The notes under the pieces were generated by a model, which saw only the letters and a list, made by a program, of their open reading frames with translations, made no database searches and was not told where the DNA came from. DNA of 64,000 nucleotides from Methanofastidiosum sp. (GTDB lineage Archaea > Methanobacteriota_B > Thermococci > Methanofastidiosales > Methanofastidiosaceae), in the NCBI GenBank assembly GCA_040771805.1, contig JAXGZJ010000001.1, positions 1,113,287-1,177,286 of the forward strand, given 5' to 3'. Numbering within the stretch: position 1 is the stretch's first letter; every line of letters starts with the position of its first letter. This document shows, one piece after another, positions 47,511-57,880 of the stretch. The position numbers and the translations under genes are program-made.

Positions 47511-48788
47511 ATGGCAGATAACTTCAAAGACCTTAAGTGGTATTCTCAGTTTTTTAGAAAATGCTCTAAATGTGGAACATGTAAGTCAGCATATTCTTAC
47601 GGACCTCCACCAACAAATGCATCAATATGTCCACAAGGAGATTACTTTAAACTTGACTCTTACTATGGGTCAAGAGCCAAGTCATTCCTTGGACAAGCAA
47701 TTTTAGAAAACAGAGTCGATTTAACAGATCCAGCTGTACAAGAAGATATGCAAAAAGCAGTTTTCTCATGTACGGTATGTGGTGGATGTCAGACACAATG
47801 TCAACTTGACTACAAACCATGGATAATTGACTACATTGAAGAGATGAGACACAATTTAGTTAACAGAGGAATTGGTCCAACAAAAGCAGAAAAAATATAT
47901 CAAGATAAGGTAATAAAGGACCACAACCCATATGGAGAAACACACTCTTCAAGATTTAACTGGTTAAAGGATGTAAGAGACTTAAAGACAGACGGTAACA
48001 CAGTTTACTTCGCAGGATGTACTGCATCATATAGAAGAACTGAAATTGCCAAATCAACAGCTAGCGTTTTGACAAAACTTGGTGAAGACTGGGGAGTAAT
48101 GGGAGAGAACGAATACTGCTGTGGTTCGCCACTTCTAAGAGCAGGTCTAAGAGAAGAGCCACAGAAACTTGCTGAACACAATGTTGATTACCTAAACGAC
48201 CATGGATTTAAGACAATTGTTACTGCTTGTGCCGGATGTTACAAAGTTCTTGCAAAAGAATATGAAAAATGGTGGGGCTTAAAGCTTAAAGCAAAGGTCT
48301 TACACACAGCAGAATATCTTGAAGAAAAAATGAAAAAAGGTGAACTAAAGCTAAGCAATGTACCTGCAACAGTTACATACCATGATCCATGTCACATGGG
48401 ACGACACATGAATCACTATGAAGTCGATATGGATGGAAAGAAGCAATGGAAGGGTTCATACATTCAAATCGATAAGCCAGGTCTTTATGAAACACCAAGA
48501 AATGTTCTTAAAGCCATACCAGGCATACAATTTAAAGAAATGTACAGAAACAGAGACAATTCCTACTGCTGTGGTGCTGGTGGAGGTATCAAAGCTTCTT
48601 ACCCAGATGTAGCTCTTGAGACTGCAAAAACTAGAATTAAAGAAGCAGAAGGCCTTGATAGCGTACAGAAAATGGTAACACCATGTCCATTTTGTGTTAC
48701 AAATCTTGGTGACGCTTCAAGAGCACTTGGTTCTAAAGTAGAAGTAGTTGACCTTATCCAATTAGTCGACCAAGCTCTAAAGAAATAA
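47511..48788 (+). CDS. hdrD: HdrD/GlcF-like iron-sulfur protein with two CCG domains
   Basis: CSKCGTCKSAY....CP and CTVCGGCQTQC cluster motifs. Two CCG motifs (YCCGSPL and YCCGAGGG) with a trailing PCPFC. The ATG is 6 nt after the glcD-like stop, with GGTGA upstream. Confidence 0.75.
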   Translation: MADNFKDLKWYSQFFRKCSKCGTCKSAYSYGPPPTNASICPQGDYFKLDSYYGSRAKSFLGQAILENRVDLTDPAVQEDMQKAVFSCTVCGGCQTQCQLDYKPWIIDYIEEMRHNLVNRGIGPTKAEKIYQDKVIKDHNPYGETHSSRFNWLKDVRDLKTDGNTVYFAGCTASYRRTEIAKSTASVLTKLGEDWGVMGENEYCCGSPLLRAGLREEPQKLAEHNVDYLNDHGFKTIVTACAGCYKVLAKEYEKWWGLKLKAKVLHTAEYLEEKMKKGELKLSNVPATVTYHDPCHMGRHMNHYEVDMDGKKQWKGSYIQIDKPGLYETPRNVLKAIPGIQFKEMYRNRDNSYCCGAGGGIKASYPDVALETAKTRIKEAEGLDSVQKMVTPCPFCVTNLGDASRALGSKVEVVDLIQLVDQALKK

Positions 48789-48837
48789 ATTAATAATATT
48801 TTATTTTTTATTTAAATTTTTTATTAGAGGATTTTTT

Positions 48838-49179
48838 ATGAAACCTGAACATTTTGAATTTAAAGCAAATAAGATTGATGTTTTTTCAGACATTTATTCA
48901 ACTAAATTTTTGGGTAACTATGCGAATTTTGAATTAGAATTAAGAGACGAGGGAGGAAATTTGATTAAGGAAGGAGAGCTACATGTACAAGTACTTTCTG
49001 AATTATTTGTACCCCTCATAGTAAAAAGATACAATCCATTTGAAGGCAAGTTATCCTTAACAATAGGCAATGATCACATAGGTTTGTGTGAAGCTTTTTT
49101 CTTAATCCGATTTAAATCTGAAAAGATAATAGACGTTGGGAAGTCCAAAATGGATATAGACTTTACTGAAGATATTTAA
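48838..49179 (+). CDS. hypothetical protein
   Basis: 113-aa ORF 49 nt downstream of the hdrD-like gene, with AGAGGA upstream. No domain recognised. Confidence 0.5.
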   Translation: MKPEHFEFKANKIDVFSDIYSTKFLGNYANFELELRDEGGNLIKEGELHVQVLSELFVPLIVKRYNPFEGKLSLTIGNDHIGLCEAFFLIRFKSEKIIDVGKSKMDIDFTEDI

Positions 49180-49202
49180 AAGAAAAAAATTTATTTTTTT
49201 AA

Positions 49203-50438
49203 TTAAATTTTGTCTAATGCTGATTTTAGATCGTTAATAAGATCTTGGTAGTTCTCTATTCCAACAGATAATCTTATCATATTATCCGTTATTTCTGCAT
49301 CTTTTAAGGTATTTTCATCAACTTCTGAATGTGTCATTGCTTTTGGATGTTCGATTAAGGATTCTGTGCCTCCAAGGCTAACAGCTAATTTACATAGTTT
49401 GATATTGTTCAAAAATTTGAATGCTTCTTTTTTCCCTCCTTTTATATAGAAAGACATCAATGATCCCGGGCCCTTGCACTGCTTTTTATATATTCTATAC
49501 TGTTCACTCTTCTTATCGTATAACTCTGGATAAATTACCCTATCCACCTTAGGGTGCTTTGATAAAAACTCAGCTATTTTTTTTGCATTTTCCATCTGTC
49601 TTTGCATTCTGATATGGACAGTTTCCAAAGATCTTGCCATAAGCCAAGAATCAAATGGATTCCCGTTTGTTCCGATCATTCCTCTAATTCCCTTAATCTT
49701 AGAGATGTCTTCCTCTGAACCGAGTACAGCTCCGGCTATAACATCGGAATGGCCCCCAATAAACTTAGTTGCAGAATAAAGAACTATATCTACTTTTTGT
49801 TCCAAAGGAGATTGGAAGATAGGGCCCATAAAAGTATTGTCAACAAAAACTTTAGCGTTTATTCCTTCTTTTATTAATTTGTCTCTTATTTTTACTATAG
49901 CTCCAAGATCAACCATAACATTATTGGGATTTGCAGGAGTTTCAATGTATAAAATAACAGATTTCCCTTCCAACTTTCCTTTATACGAATTAATCATTGA
50001 TTCCATCAATTTTGGTGATTCTGAACCTGCATTTACATGTAAGGTAGAAACGCCCATTTTTTCAAAGAATTCTTTAAAAAGAAATTCTGTTCCACCATAT
50101 AAAGGATTTGTATAAAATATATAATCTCCGTTCTTTACAAAAGCTAGCAAAGTTGAAGTAATTGCAGCCATGCCTGAACAAAACACTGCTGCTGACTTAG
50201 CACCTTCCAACAATGAAAGTCTTTCCTCAACAATATCAAAATTTGGATTTGAGAATCTTGAGTATACGAAACCGCCGTCTCCTTTATCAAGTCCTAGTGC
50301 AACTCTAATAAAAGATTCTCCTTCTTCAGCACTTTTGAACTTATAAGTGCTTGTTAAAAATATGGGAGGTTTAACTGCCCCATTATATTTCAACGGGTCA
50401 TAACCTTTGCTAATAACGATTGTATCTTTTTCCATCAT
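49203..50438 (-). CDS. PLP-dependent Cys/Met-metabolism enzyme (cystathionine gamma-synthase / methionine gamma-lyase / O-acetylhomoserine sulfhydrylase family)
   Basis: PLP-Lys motif YSATKFIGGHSDVIAG and N-terminal PPIFLTSTYKF; 411 aa. Confidence 0.85.
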   Translation of the reverse strand: MMEKDTIVISKGYDPLKYNGAVKPPIFLTSTYKFKSAEEGESFIRVALGLDKGDGGFVYSRFSNPNFDIVEERLSLLEGAKSAAVFCSGMAAITSTLLAFVKNGDYIFYTNPLYGGTEFLFKEFFEKMGVSTLHVNAGSESPKLMESMINSYKGKLEGKSVILYIETPANPNNVMVDLGAIVKIRDKLIKEGINAKVFVDNTFMGPIFQSPLEQKVDIVLYSATKFIGGHSDVIAGAVLGSEEDISKIKGIRGMIGTNGNPFDSWLMARSLETVHIRMQRQMENAKKIAEFLSKHPKVDRVIYPELYDKKSEQYRIYKKQCKGPGSLMSFYIKGGKKEAFKFLNNIKLCKLAVSLGGTESLIEHPKAMTHSEVDENTLKDAEITDNMIRLSVGIENYQDLINDLKSALDKI

Positions 50439-50491
50439 ATCACCTCAATATATTCCAAATATTTATAAAGAACATTATAAAAGTATCTTTT

Positions 50492-50719
50492 ATGAAGTCA
50501 ATCGGAAGGATTCTTCATTCAATTGGTCCGCTTTTTATCTTAAGATCAAAAAAAGTTAAAATTAGAGATATTGGAGTCGAAGCATACGTTGGCGACAAAA
50601 AAGTTGGCAAAATAATAGAGTTATTCGGTCCGATTGAAAATCCCTATATTAAAATAGTTGCTACAAGAGGGATAAAAAATAGAAATAGTTTTGTTGGAAA
50701 GGATGTGTCAATTAGATAA
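50492..50719 (+). CDS. gar1: H/ACA ribonucleoprotein component Gar1
   Basis: 75 aa. KVGKIIELFGPIENPYIKI matches the Gar1 core. Start taken at MKSIG; the ORF track begins at 50420. Confidence 0.75.
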   Translation: MKSIGRILHSIGPLFILRSKKVKIRDIGVEAYVGDKKVGKIIELFGPIENPYIKIVATRGIKNRNSFVGKDVSIR

Positions 50720-50734
50720 TTTTTGAGGTCTTCC

Positions 50735-53233
50735 ATGAATAATATCTCAAAAACTCTGTTAGTAATATTCTTGCTTGTATCCACATTTTCAAACTTTAGC
50801 CCCACCTTGGGGCAGAGTGATGGGTATGCAATTGAGATCTTACCTTCATTTTCTATAGCGACGCAAGAAGACATACCACGCATTATAGAGCTTGCATCAA
50901 AAAATAATGTTAATACCATCTATTTGCATGTAAAGAGAGGGACTGGAACAAATCCTTCACCAGGAGTAGTATTTTATAACAGCAAAATAGCACCCACATT
51001 CTATAATTTTGACGTACTCTCTGCAACGATAGAAGAGGCTCATAAAAAAAGCATTAAAGTTTATGCAATAATTCCAGTATTTTATGATATCATCGCTGCT
51101 AATAAAGGCTATGCGTCAGTCGGACCACAATCAGAAGGTTGGGTGTGCCCAAGAACAGGCTTTAGTTATGAAAAAAGTATAATTGATGAGATAATAAATG
51201 GATACAAAGTAGACGGTATAGTTTTAGAGTATTTTGGATATGCAAACAATCTGAATTGTCAATGTCCTGATTGTCTTAATGAATTTTCAAAAAGATATGG
51301 CGTGTCGGCTACAAGATTAAATTTAGAAATAGAAAAGCAGAATGATTCTGAGCTATGGATTAAATGGAATGTATTTAGATCGGAAGAACTTACTAGGTAT
51401 CTAAATAAACTTTCACAAGATATCCGAACCAATAGAAAAATTAAATTGGGGATTATTATTCCGCCCACTACATATAGAGATTATTTTGAGAATACCGATT
51501 TTGGAATTGACGTAAGAAAAATAGGAAACTATGTAGACTTTATAATATTTAGGCGCCAAGGTTTACCGTTAGAGTATGTTTCAGATGCAACAAATGGCTA
51601 CAGTCTTCAGTATGACGGAGACATATATGTTACTGTTGAGAATAAGGACATAGGCCTTTTAAATTTAGTTTATTCAGGTGCCGATTATACTAAGGGGATT
51701 ATCTATTTTCAAAGAGAGCCATGGACAGCACAGAGTTTTTCAAGAATCAATAAATCAAGGGCGGAATCTACTAACATCTGGGCAGTTCGAGTTGATTCCA
51801 GAGAATATTTTAATCTTGATCTTGATCAGCTTATTCCCATTTGGAAGAAATGTAATATTAACACAGTGATAATTAGTGCGGGGAGACCATATTGGATTAA
51901 CTTTAGATGGCCGGGGCATGATAAGGAATATAGTAACATAGTCCAATTATCAAATGGCGATCCTTTAGAGAAAACGATAGATAAATTGAAACAAGAAGGA
52001 TTTAAAGTTGTAGTTAGTTTTAGTTTGAATAGCCCTGAATACATACAGGCTAATCCTAGTTTTGCAGCGCTTGATTATGTATTTTCTAGAAGCACTTCAA
52101 AAGTTTCGATGATCGAGATCACTCAAGGCAATTATGGCAAATACTATATAGATACTGTTGAATACATAATAAAAACCTATGATGTAGATGCTATTCTAGT
52201 TACCAATGGGGACTTTTACGAGTATAGTTATGATTCTAAATCTGAAGCAGAGTATCTTAAATATATGAACTCCAGGGGAATTCTAATTTATGAATGGCCC
52301 AAAAAAAATCTAATCGTTAACATTGACGATGGCACAATTACAAATTGGCAAAATCATGAAATGGAAAAATTTTATTCAGCACTCAAGAATAGAATAGTTA
52401 ATTATGAAGTTGAGTTATGGGTATCTGCCAAGACCGATGAAAAAGATCCAAATAATTTCTCAAGAAAGTATGGTCAAGATCTTAACATGTTGAGTAACTA
52501 TGCAACAAGGTGTGTAGTTACAGCTCCAGTTACAGACGATATAGTTGTAAAAAACAAAAACTTCGCTGACAACTTGCGTGAATTAGGCATATCCTATGTA
52601 CTAGATGTACCTTTAGTGAAAGGAGTGAGTGCCCCCCTCACAAATGAAGAATACGAGTCAATTGTTCAAAATTCAATAGACGGGGGAACAAAATATGTAA
52701 CTTTGTCATCTAACTACTTAATTAATGATGAAATGTGGGATTCAATTCTGAAACTATCTCTCTATAAAGAAATAGTTGGGATAGATGATGCTCAATTGAC
52801 TAATCTTTATAATGAGGGCCATTATGATTTCTTAAAAGAAAAAATTCAAGAAATTAAAAAGATTAAGGGAGAAGAAACAACAAACTTAAGGGCTCAGTCA
52901 ATTGTTAAAATCCGAAATTTGGATAAATTAATCCAGGATATAGATTCAAAATATACAATGACACAAAATTTGGGGTCAGATAACTCTCTTCTAGCAGAAA
53001 AATTACAATTTGGTAAAAGAGAGTATAGCCTTTCAAAAAATTCGTTTATAGAAGGAAGATATAGGGAGGCGCTTGACAAATCAGATAATGCAGAAATAGT
53101 GTTGGGACAAGTTAATTATGCGCTTCAAATAGAAATTGATAAAGTTTATTCTTCAAGAATGTTTATTGGATTTACTATAATAATTATATTTGTTATATTC
53201 TTATTCCTTATCTACTATTCAAATAAATACTGA
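50735..53233 (+). CDS. large exported protein with glycoside-hydrolase-like TIM-barrel modules (GHL10/DUF187-like) and C-terminal TM anchor
   Basis: Signal peptide MNNISKTLLVIFLLVSTFSNF. Two modules of similar style (TIYLHVKRG.. and TVIISAGRP..), a CQCPDC motif, and C-terminal helix FIGFTIIIIFVIFLFLIYY. GAGGT lies 6 nt upstream of the ATG. Confidence 0.45.
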   Translation: MNNISKTLLVIFLLVSTFSNFSPTLGQSDGYAIEILPSFSIATQEDIPRIIELASKNNVNTIYLHVKRGTGTNPSPGVVFYNSKIAPTFYNFDVLSATIEEAHKKSIKVYAIIPVFYDIIAANKGYASVGPQSEGWVCPRTGFSYEKSIIDEIINGYKVDGIVLEYFGYANNLNCQCPDCLNEFSKRYGVSATRLNLEIEKQNDSELWIKWNVFRSEELTRYLNKLSQDIRTNRKIKLGIIIPPTTYRDYFENTDFGIDVRKIGNYVDFIIFRRQGLPLEYVSDATNGYSLQYDGDIYVTVENKDIGLLNLVYSGADYTKGIIYFQREPWTAQSFSRINKSRAESTNIWAVRVDSREYFNLDLDQLIPIWKKCNINTVIISAGRPYWINFRWPGHDKEYSNIVQLSNGDPLEKTIDKLKQEGFKVVVSFSLNSPEYIQANPSFAALDYVFSRSTSKVSMIEITQGNYGKYYIDTVEYIIKTYDVDAILVTNGDFYEYSYDSKSEAEYLKYMNSRGILIYEWPKKNLIVNIDDGTITNWQNHEMEKFYSALKNRIVNYEVELWVSAKTDEKDPNNFSRKYGQDLNMLSNYATRCVVTAPVTDDIVVKNKNFADNLRELGISYVLDVPLVKGVSAPLTNEEYESIVQNSIDGGTKYVTLSSNYLINDEMWDSILKLSLYKEIVGIDDAQLTNLYNEGHYDFLKEKIQEIKKIKGEETTNLRAQSIVKIRNLDKLIQDIDSKYTMTQNLGSDNSLLAEKLQFGKREYSLSKNSFIEGRYREALDKSDNAEIVLGQVNYALQIEIDKVYSSRMFIGFTIIIIFVIFLFLIYYSNKY

Positions 53234-53289
53234 AGGATAAGTTTAAATATTAATTATTTTTCATTGATATATCTTTAAAAAATTTTTAT

Positions 53290-54582
53290 GTGATTACTAT
53301 GGTAAAAAATATTTTTTTTGGACTATCAGAGAAAAAATACAGGTGGGTTCTTTTATTTACTCTTCTCCTTGTATACTTTTTTGTTTATTTCCATAGGGTA
53401 TCTTCTGCAGTAATTTCGAAAGACTTGTTACATGAATTTGGAGTTTCCGCCTTATCTCTTGGCCTCTTATCTTCAATGTATTTTTATTCGTATTCTCTAT
53501 TTCAAATACCGGTAGGAATATTTTCGGACACAATCGGTCCAAGAAAAACAATTGCATTTTTAACCATATTTTCAGCTATAGGGTCTTTTTTATTTGGAAT
53601 GGCATTGAATTTCAATATGGCACTCTTTGCACGACTCGTCATTGGCATTGGCGTTTCAGGGGTATGGATCCCCGCATTAAAATTGTTTTCTGTCTGGTAT
53701 TCTAAAAGAGAATATGCTACAATTGTTGGGATATTGCTTGCAGTTGGTAACTTAGGCGCTGTTTCTGCATCTTATCCTTTAGCTTTAATTGTAAATGATT
53801 TTGGGTGGAGATATGCATTTTATATCATTGGGATAATTTCGATATTTCTAGCTGTTATATCTTGGATTTTCATAAGAGATTCTCCAGAGGCCTACCTCAA
53901 TAAAAATAAAGAAGTAGAAGGGCCGAAATCAATTTCAAAGAAACAATACCTCTCCCGAGAACATATAAAACTAATCTTTAAAAATAAAGATGTATGGATA
54001 CTCTCTATTTGGTTGTTTGTCGCTTATGGGGCTTTGTTAGCATATCAAGGTTTATGGGCATATCCTTACTTTAGAGATGTTTATAATCTATCAAAAGCGA
54101 CATCCGGATTCATACTAATGTTTGTTAGTATTGGAATGCTTTTAGGATCACCATCAATCGGATACTTTTCGGATAAAATAATGAAATGTAGAAAAAAAGT
54201 TCTTATACTATGGCTCTCTTTATTTTCATTACCCTGGATTTTGATTTCCTTTTTTACAGCAAGCATAAATATTACTCTTTTGTACATTCTTTCATTTTGG
54301 ATGGGCTTTTTTGGATGCGGAAATGTTGTAGTATTTGCCATAATAAAAGAGCAATTTCCTCTTGAAATAACTGGTACAGCCCAGAGCATAGTGAATGTTT
54401 TTCCATTTGTTGGCGCAGCTATCTTTCAGACATTTTTAGGATATATTTTAGATATTGTAGGGGGATTTGAAGGCGTTTATCCAGTTGAAGCTTATAGCTT
54501 GGCATTCAAATTTGTCTTTGCATGTATAATTATAGTGTACATCATGTCTTTTTTCATTAAAGAAACAATGACACACGAATAA
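53290..54582 (+). CDS. MFS transporter
   Basis: 12 predicted TM segments and the MFS loop motif GIFSDTIGPRKT between TM2 and TM3. Confidence 0.8.
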   Translation: MITMVKNIFFGLSEKKYRWVLLFTLLLVYFFVYFHRVSSAVISKDLLHEFGVSALSLGLLSSMYFYSYSLFQIPVGIFSDTIGPRKTIAFLTIFSAIGSFLFGMALNFNMALFARLVIGIGVSGVWIPALKLFSVWYSKREYATIVGILLAVGNLGAVSASYPLALIVNDFGWRYAFYIIGIISIFLAVISWIFIRDSPEAYLNKNKEVEGPKSISKKQYLSREHIKLIFKNKDVWILSIWLFVAYGALLAYQGLWAYPYFRDVYNLSKATSGFILMFVSIGMLLGSPSIGYFSDKIMKCRKKVLILWLSLFSLPWILISFFTASINITLLYILSFWMGFFGCGNVVVFAIIKEQFPLEITGTAQSIVNVFPFVGAAIFQTFLGYILDIVGGFEGVYPVEAYSLAFKFVFACIIIVYIMSFFIKETMTHE

Positions 54583-54688
54583 ATTACATGAGGCGATAAC
54601 AAATAATCTTGCTTAAAAAAGGCATTAGGATATTTATAATATTTTTTTTAAAAACTTATAAACTGTAATTAACAAATCTAATACTAAC

Positions 54689-56413
54689 ATGAGTGATGAG
54701 TTATACCTTAAAATAAAGTTCCCTGAAGAGCCTGGCGTATATCTTATGAAAGACTCAAAAGGTAACGTCATTTATGTAGGCAAGGCCAAATCTCTAAAAA
54801 AAAGATTGGCATCCTATTTTCAAAAAAACATTCCCGATAGGGTATCGTTTCTCATGAGTCGTGTTGAAGATATAGAGTATATTGCTACTGATACCGAAAC
54901 AGAGGCACTTTTACTTGAATATAATTTCATAAAAAAATTAAAACCACGCTATAACATTCACTTTAGAGATGATAAAGGATACCCTTATATTAAAATAACT
55001 AATGAAAGTTTTCCAAGAATTATTATCTCAAGAAAGATTGAAGAAGATGGGGCACATTATTTTGGCCCTTATTCGGATGTTGGTGCAGCAAGAAAAATGC
55101 TAGCACTTGCTAGAAATATATTCAAACTAAGAAGCTGCAAAAAAATGAATAAAATTCCCTGTCTTAACTTTCACATTAATAGGTGTACTGCCCCATGTTC
55201 AGATCCAAACTCAAAAGAAGAATACAATAAAAGGGTAGATGAACTATTGATGTTCTTTGAAAATAAGGGGGAAGAGCTAATCTCAAGATTAACTATAGAA
55301 ATGGATGTTTATTCTAAAGATTTACAATATGAAAAAGCGTTAATAATAAGGGACAAAATAGATGCAATAAGAAAATCTATGGAACAACAAAAAATCTTCC
55401 TAGATACACCAATAAATAAAGATGTCATAGGTTACTTTGAAAAGGAATCAATATGTATTTGCATTGCCATAGTAAGAAGAGGTGTCTTAACCGGAACAAA
55501 AAATTATATTATTGATGAAGCTTTATTTGAAAAAGAAGAAATTTTATCTTCTTTTCTGAAACAATATTATAAAAATGGTTTTTTACCTAACAAAATTATC
55601 TTGCCTTTTGATATTTCAGATAGGGAAGAAATTCAAAGATTTTTATCAAAGGAGGGCAATGATTTAACAATTACTCCGGCATTGACTCAACGTGAAAAAG
55701 AAGAGGTCCTCCTTTCCACAAAAAATGCTGAACTTTTTTTAACATCAAAAGAAAAATTACCCTTAGAGGATCTTATGATTTCTCTTGGGCTCGAAGCTCT
55801 TCCTAGGAGAATTGAAGGTTATGATATTTCCAACATAGGCCCTGAAATTAAAGTAGGATCCCAAGTTACTTTCATCGATGGAAAGCCTTCAAAGGAAAAT
55901 TATAGAATTTATAAAATTACGACAGTTTTGGGACAGGATGACGTAGCGTCCCTTAAAGAAATGTTGTCTAGAAGATTTAAACATAGAGAAATACTCCCTG
56001 ACTTGATATTAATTGATGGAGGTAAGGGACATCTTAATGCAGCATTATCTGTACTGGAATCGATTGGCCTAACTATACCAACCGTTGCTCTTGCAAAACA
56101 AGAAGAAGACTTATATTTTAAAGATGGTATAAATCCAGAAATGAATTCACATTCTAAAAATTTACTAATTAGGGTGAGAGATGAAGCACACAGATTTGCC
56201 ATTAAAAGCATGAGAAACATGAAAAGAAAATCAAGTATGAATTCTCCTTTAGACAGTATACGCGGACTCGGTCCTAAAAGAAAAGCCAAATTGTTCGAAA
56301 AGTTTGGAACAATTGAAAAGATTAAGAAAGCTAAAATTGAAGAGATTGATGAAGTTATAAAAAATATATCTCTTTCTGAAGCAATATTTAATTATGTTAA
56401 AACATTAAAATAA
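54689..56413 (+). CDS. uvrC: excinuclease ABC subunit C
   Basis: GIY-YIG N-terminus (PGVYLMKDSKGNVIYVGKAKSLKKR), a UVR domain region, an Endo V-like domain and a C-terminal (HhH)2 region LDSIRGLGPKRKAKLFEKFG. Confidence 0.9.
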   Translation: MSDELYLKIKFPEEPGVYLMKDSKGNVIYVGKAKSLKKRLASYFQKNIPDRVSFLMSRVEDIEYIATDTETEALLLEYNFIKKLKPRYNIHFRDDKGYPYIKITNESFPRIIISRKIEEDGAHYFGPYSDVGAARKMLALARNIFKLRSCKKMNKIPCLNFHINRCTAPCSDPNSKEEYNKRVDELLMFFENKGEELISRLTIEMDVYSKDLQYEKALIIRDKIDAIRKSMEQQKIFLDTPINKDVIGYFEKESICICIAIVRRGVLTGTKNYIIDEALFEKEEILSSFLKQYYKNGFLPNKIILPFDISDREEIQRFLSKEGNDLTITPALTQREKEEVLLSTKNAELFLTSKEKLPLEDLMISLGLEALPRRIEGYDISNIGPEIKVGSQVTFIDGKPSKENYRIYKITTVLGQDDVASLKEMLSRRFKHREILPDLILIDGGKGHLNAALSVLESIGLTIPTVALAKQEEDLYFKDGINPEMNSHSKNLLIRVRDEAHRFAIKSMRNMKRKSSMNSPLDSIRGLGPKRKAKLFEKFGTIEKIKKAKIEEIDEVIKNISLSEAIFNYVKTLK

Positions 56414-56431
56414 GGATATTGGTAGGCGAAA

Positions 56432-57871
56432 GTGGAAACCCATAACAATAAACTATATATATGGTATGCTTTAAATACGGGTATGGATTCTAATTTTGCC
56501 GACCTATTAAATGCTGCAAAGGACAAAATATTACATTCTAAAGGCTCTAAAATAAAAATTATTTCTCATATAGATGCAGACGGCATTTCTTCTGCGTCTA
56601 TTTTATCTCTTGCCTTGGACAGACTAAATATCAATCACGATGTTCATTTTACTTCTCTTGATGGCATCCCTTCTTCTGATTTAGGTGAACTTACGATATT
56701 TCTTGACATGGGGAGTGGACAAATTGATTATCTTATGTCAAAATATGAAGACAGAGAGATAATTATCTTAGATCACCACCAAGGAGAATACCCCGAATCA
56801 AACTTTTTAGAAGTAAATCCAAATAAATATGGATATAGTGGTTCTGAAGAAGTAAGTGGCTCTGGATTAGCATATCTTTTATCGTTGGAACTTGATTGTA
56901 AAAATAAGGATCTATCTTCAATTGCTCTAGTTGGGGCAGTGGGGGATATGCAAAGTTCGTGGGGAGGATTAAAAGGAATAAATAGGGACATTCTTCTTGA
57001 TAGCATTGAATCTGGTTTAGTTAAAGCCCAAGAAGATTTACTTTTATATGGGCGTTCAACAAGACCGATTTATAAGTCATTACAATTTTTCTCTGATCCA
57101 CCAATCCCAGGGGTCACTGGAAGTGATTCCAATGCCATGGCCCTGCTTAATAGCTTGGGTATCCCGTGCTATGAGGGAAATTGGAGAACAGTATCTGATC
57201 TGACGTGGGATGAGAAGAGACGACTAGCAACAGAAATCATAAGAAAAACAATAATGGCTGTACCACAAGAATATGTTTCTTTTATACCTCAGATGATTAT
57301 GGGGGAATCTTACTCGCTCATAAACGAGGAAGAGAGAAGTCCATTAAGAGATGCTTCAGAATTTGCAACATGCCTTAATGCCTGTGGAAAGAACGGTAGG
57401 CCGGAAGTTGGTTTTTACGTATGCAAGGGAAACAGGGGCATATATTATGATATTTTGCTAGGGCTACTTAGAAAACACAGACAGAATATAGCCAGAAGCA
57501 TGAGTCTAGTTGAGAGTAGGGGAGTAGTAGTGAAAGAAAAGTTTCAGTATTTTGATGGAAGTGGGATAAACGATACAATTGTAGGGACTGTAGCAAGTTT
57601 AGTTCTTGGAAATAGGGATACAGATCCTTTTTTACCTATTGTCGCTTTCACGACATTGCCAAATGACCCAAATGTTTATAAAATCTCTGCACGCTGTTCA
57701 AGATTGTTGGTGCTTAAAGGCTTAAATTTAGGGAAAGAAATAAAGAAAAGTGCAGAATCAGTAGGGGGAAAAGGTGGAGGCCACCCGCCTGCATGCGGGG
57801 CTTTTGTGCCAATTGAAAAACTAACAGAGTTTTTACACATATTTGAAGAGAATATTGCAAGCTGCATATAA
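56432..57871 (+). CDS. archaeal RecJ/GAN-like DHH-family nuclease
   Basis: Motifs ISHIDADGISSASIL, IILDHH, GAVGDM and GGGHPPACGA; GTG start. Confidence 0.75.
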   Translation: METHNNKLYIWYALNTGMDSNFADLLNAAKDKILHSKGSKIKIISHIDADGISSASILSLALDRLNINHDVHFTSLDGIPSSDLGELTIFLDMGSGQIDYLMSKYEDREIIILDHHQGEYPESNFLEVNPNKYGYSGSEEVSGSGLAYLLSLELDCKNKDLSSIALVGAVGDMQSSWGGLKGINRDILLDSIESGLVKAQEDLLLYGRSTRPIYKSLQFFSDPPIPGVTGSDSNAMALLNSLGIPCYEGNWRTVSDLTWDEKRRLATEIIRKTIMAVPQEYVSFIPQMIMGESYSLINEEERSPLRDASEFATCLNACGKNGRPEVGFYVCKGNRGIYYDILLGLLRKHRQNIARSMSLVESRGVVVKEKFQYFDGSGINDTIVGTVASLVLGNRDTDPFLPIVAFTTLPNDPNVYKISARCSRLLVLKGLNLGKEIKKSAESVGGKGGGHPPACGAFVPIEKLTEFLHIFEENIASCI

Positions 57872-57880
57872 GGTGCTTTT

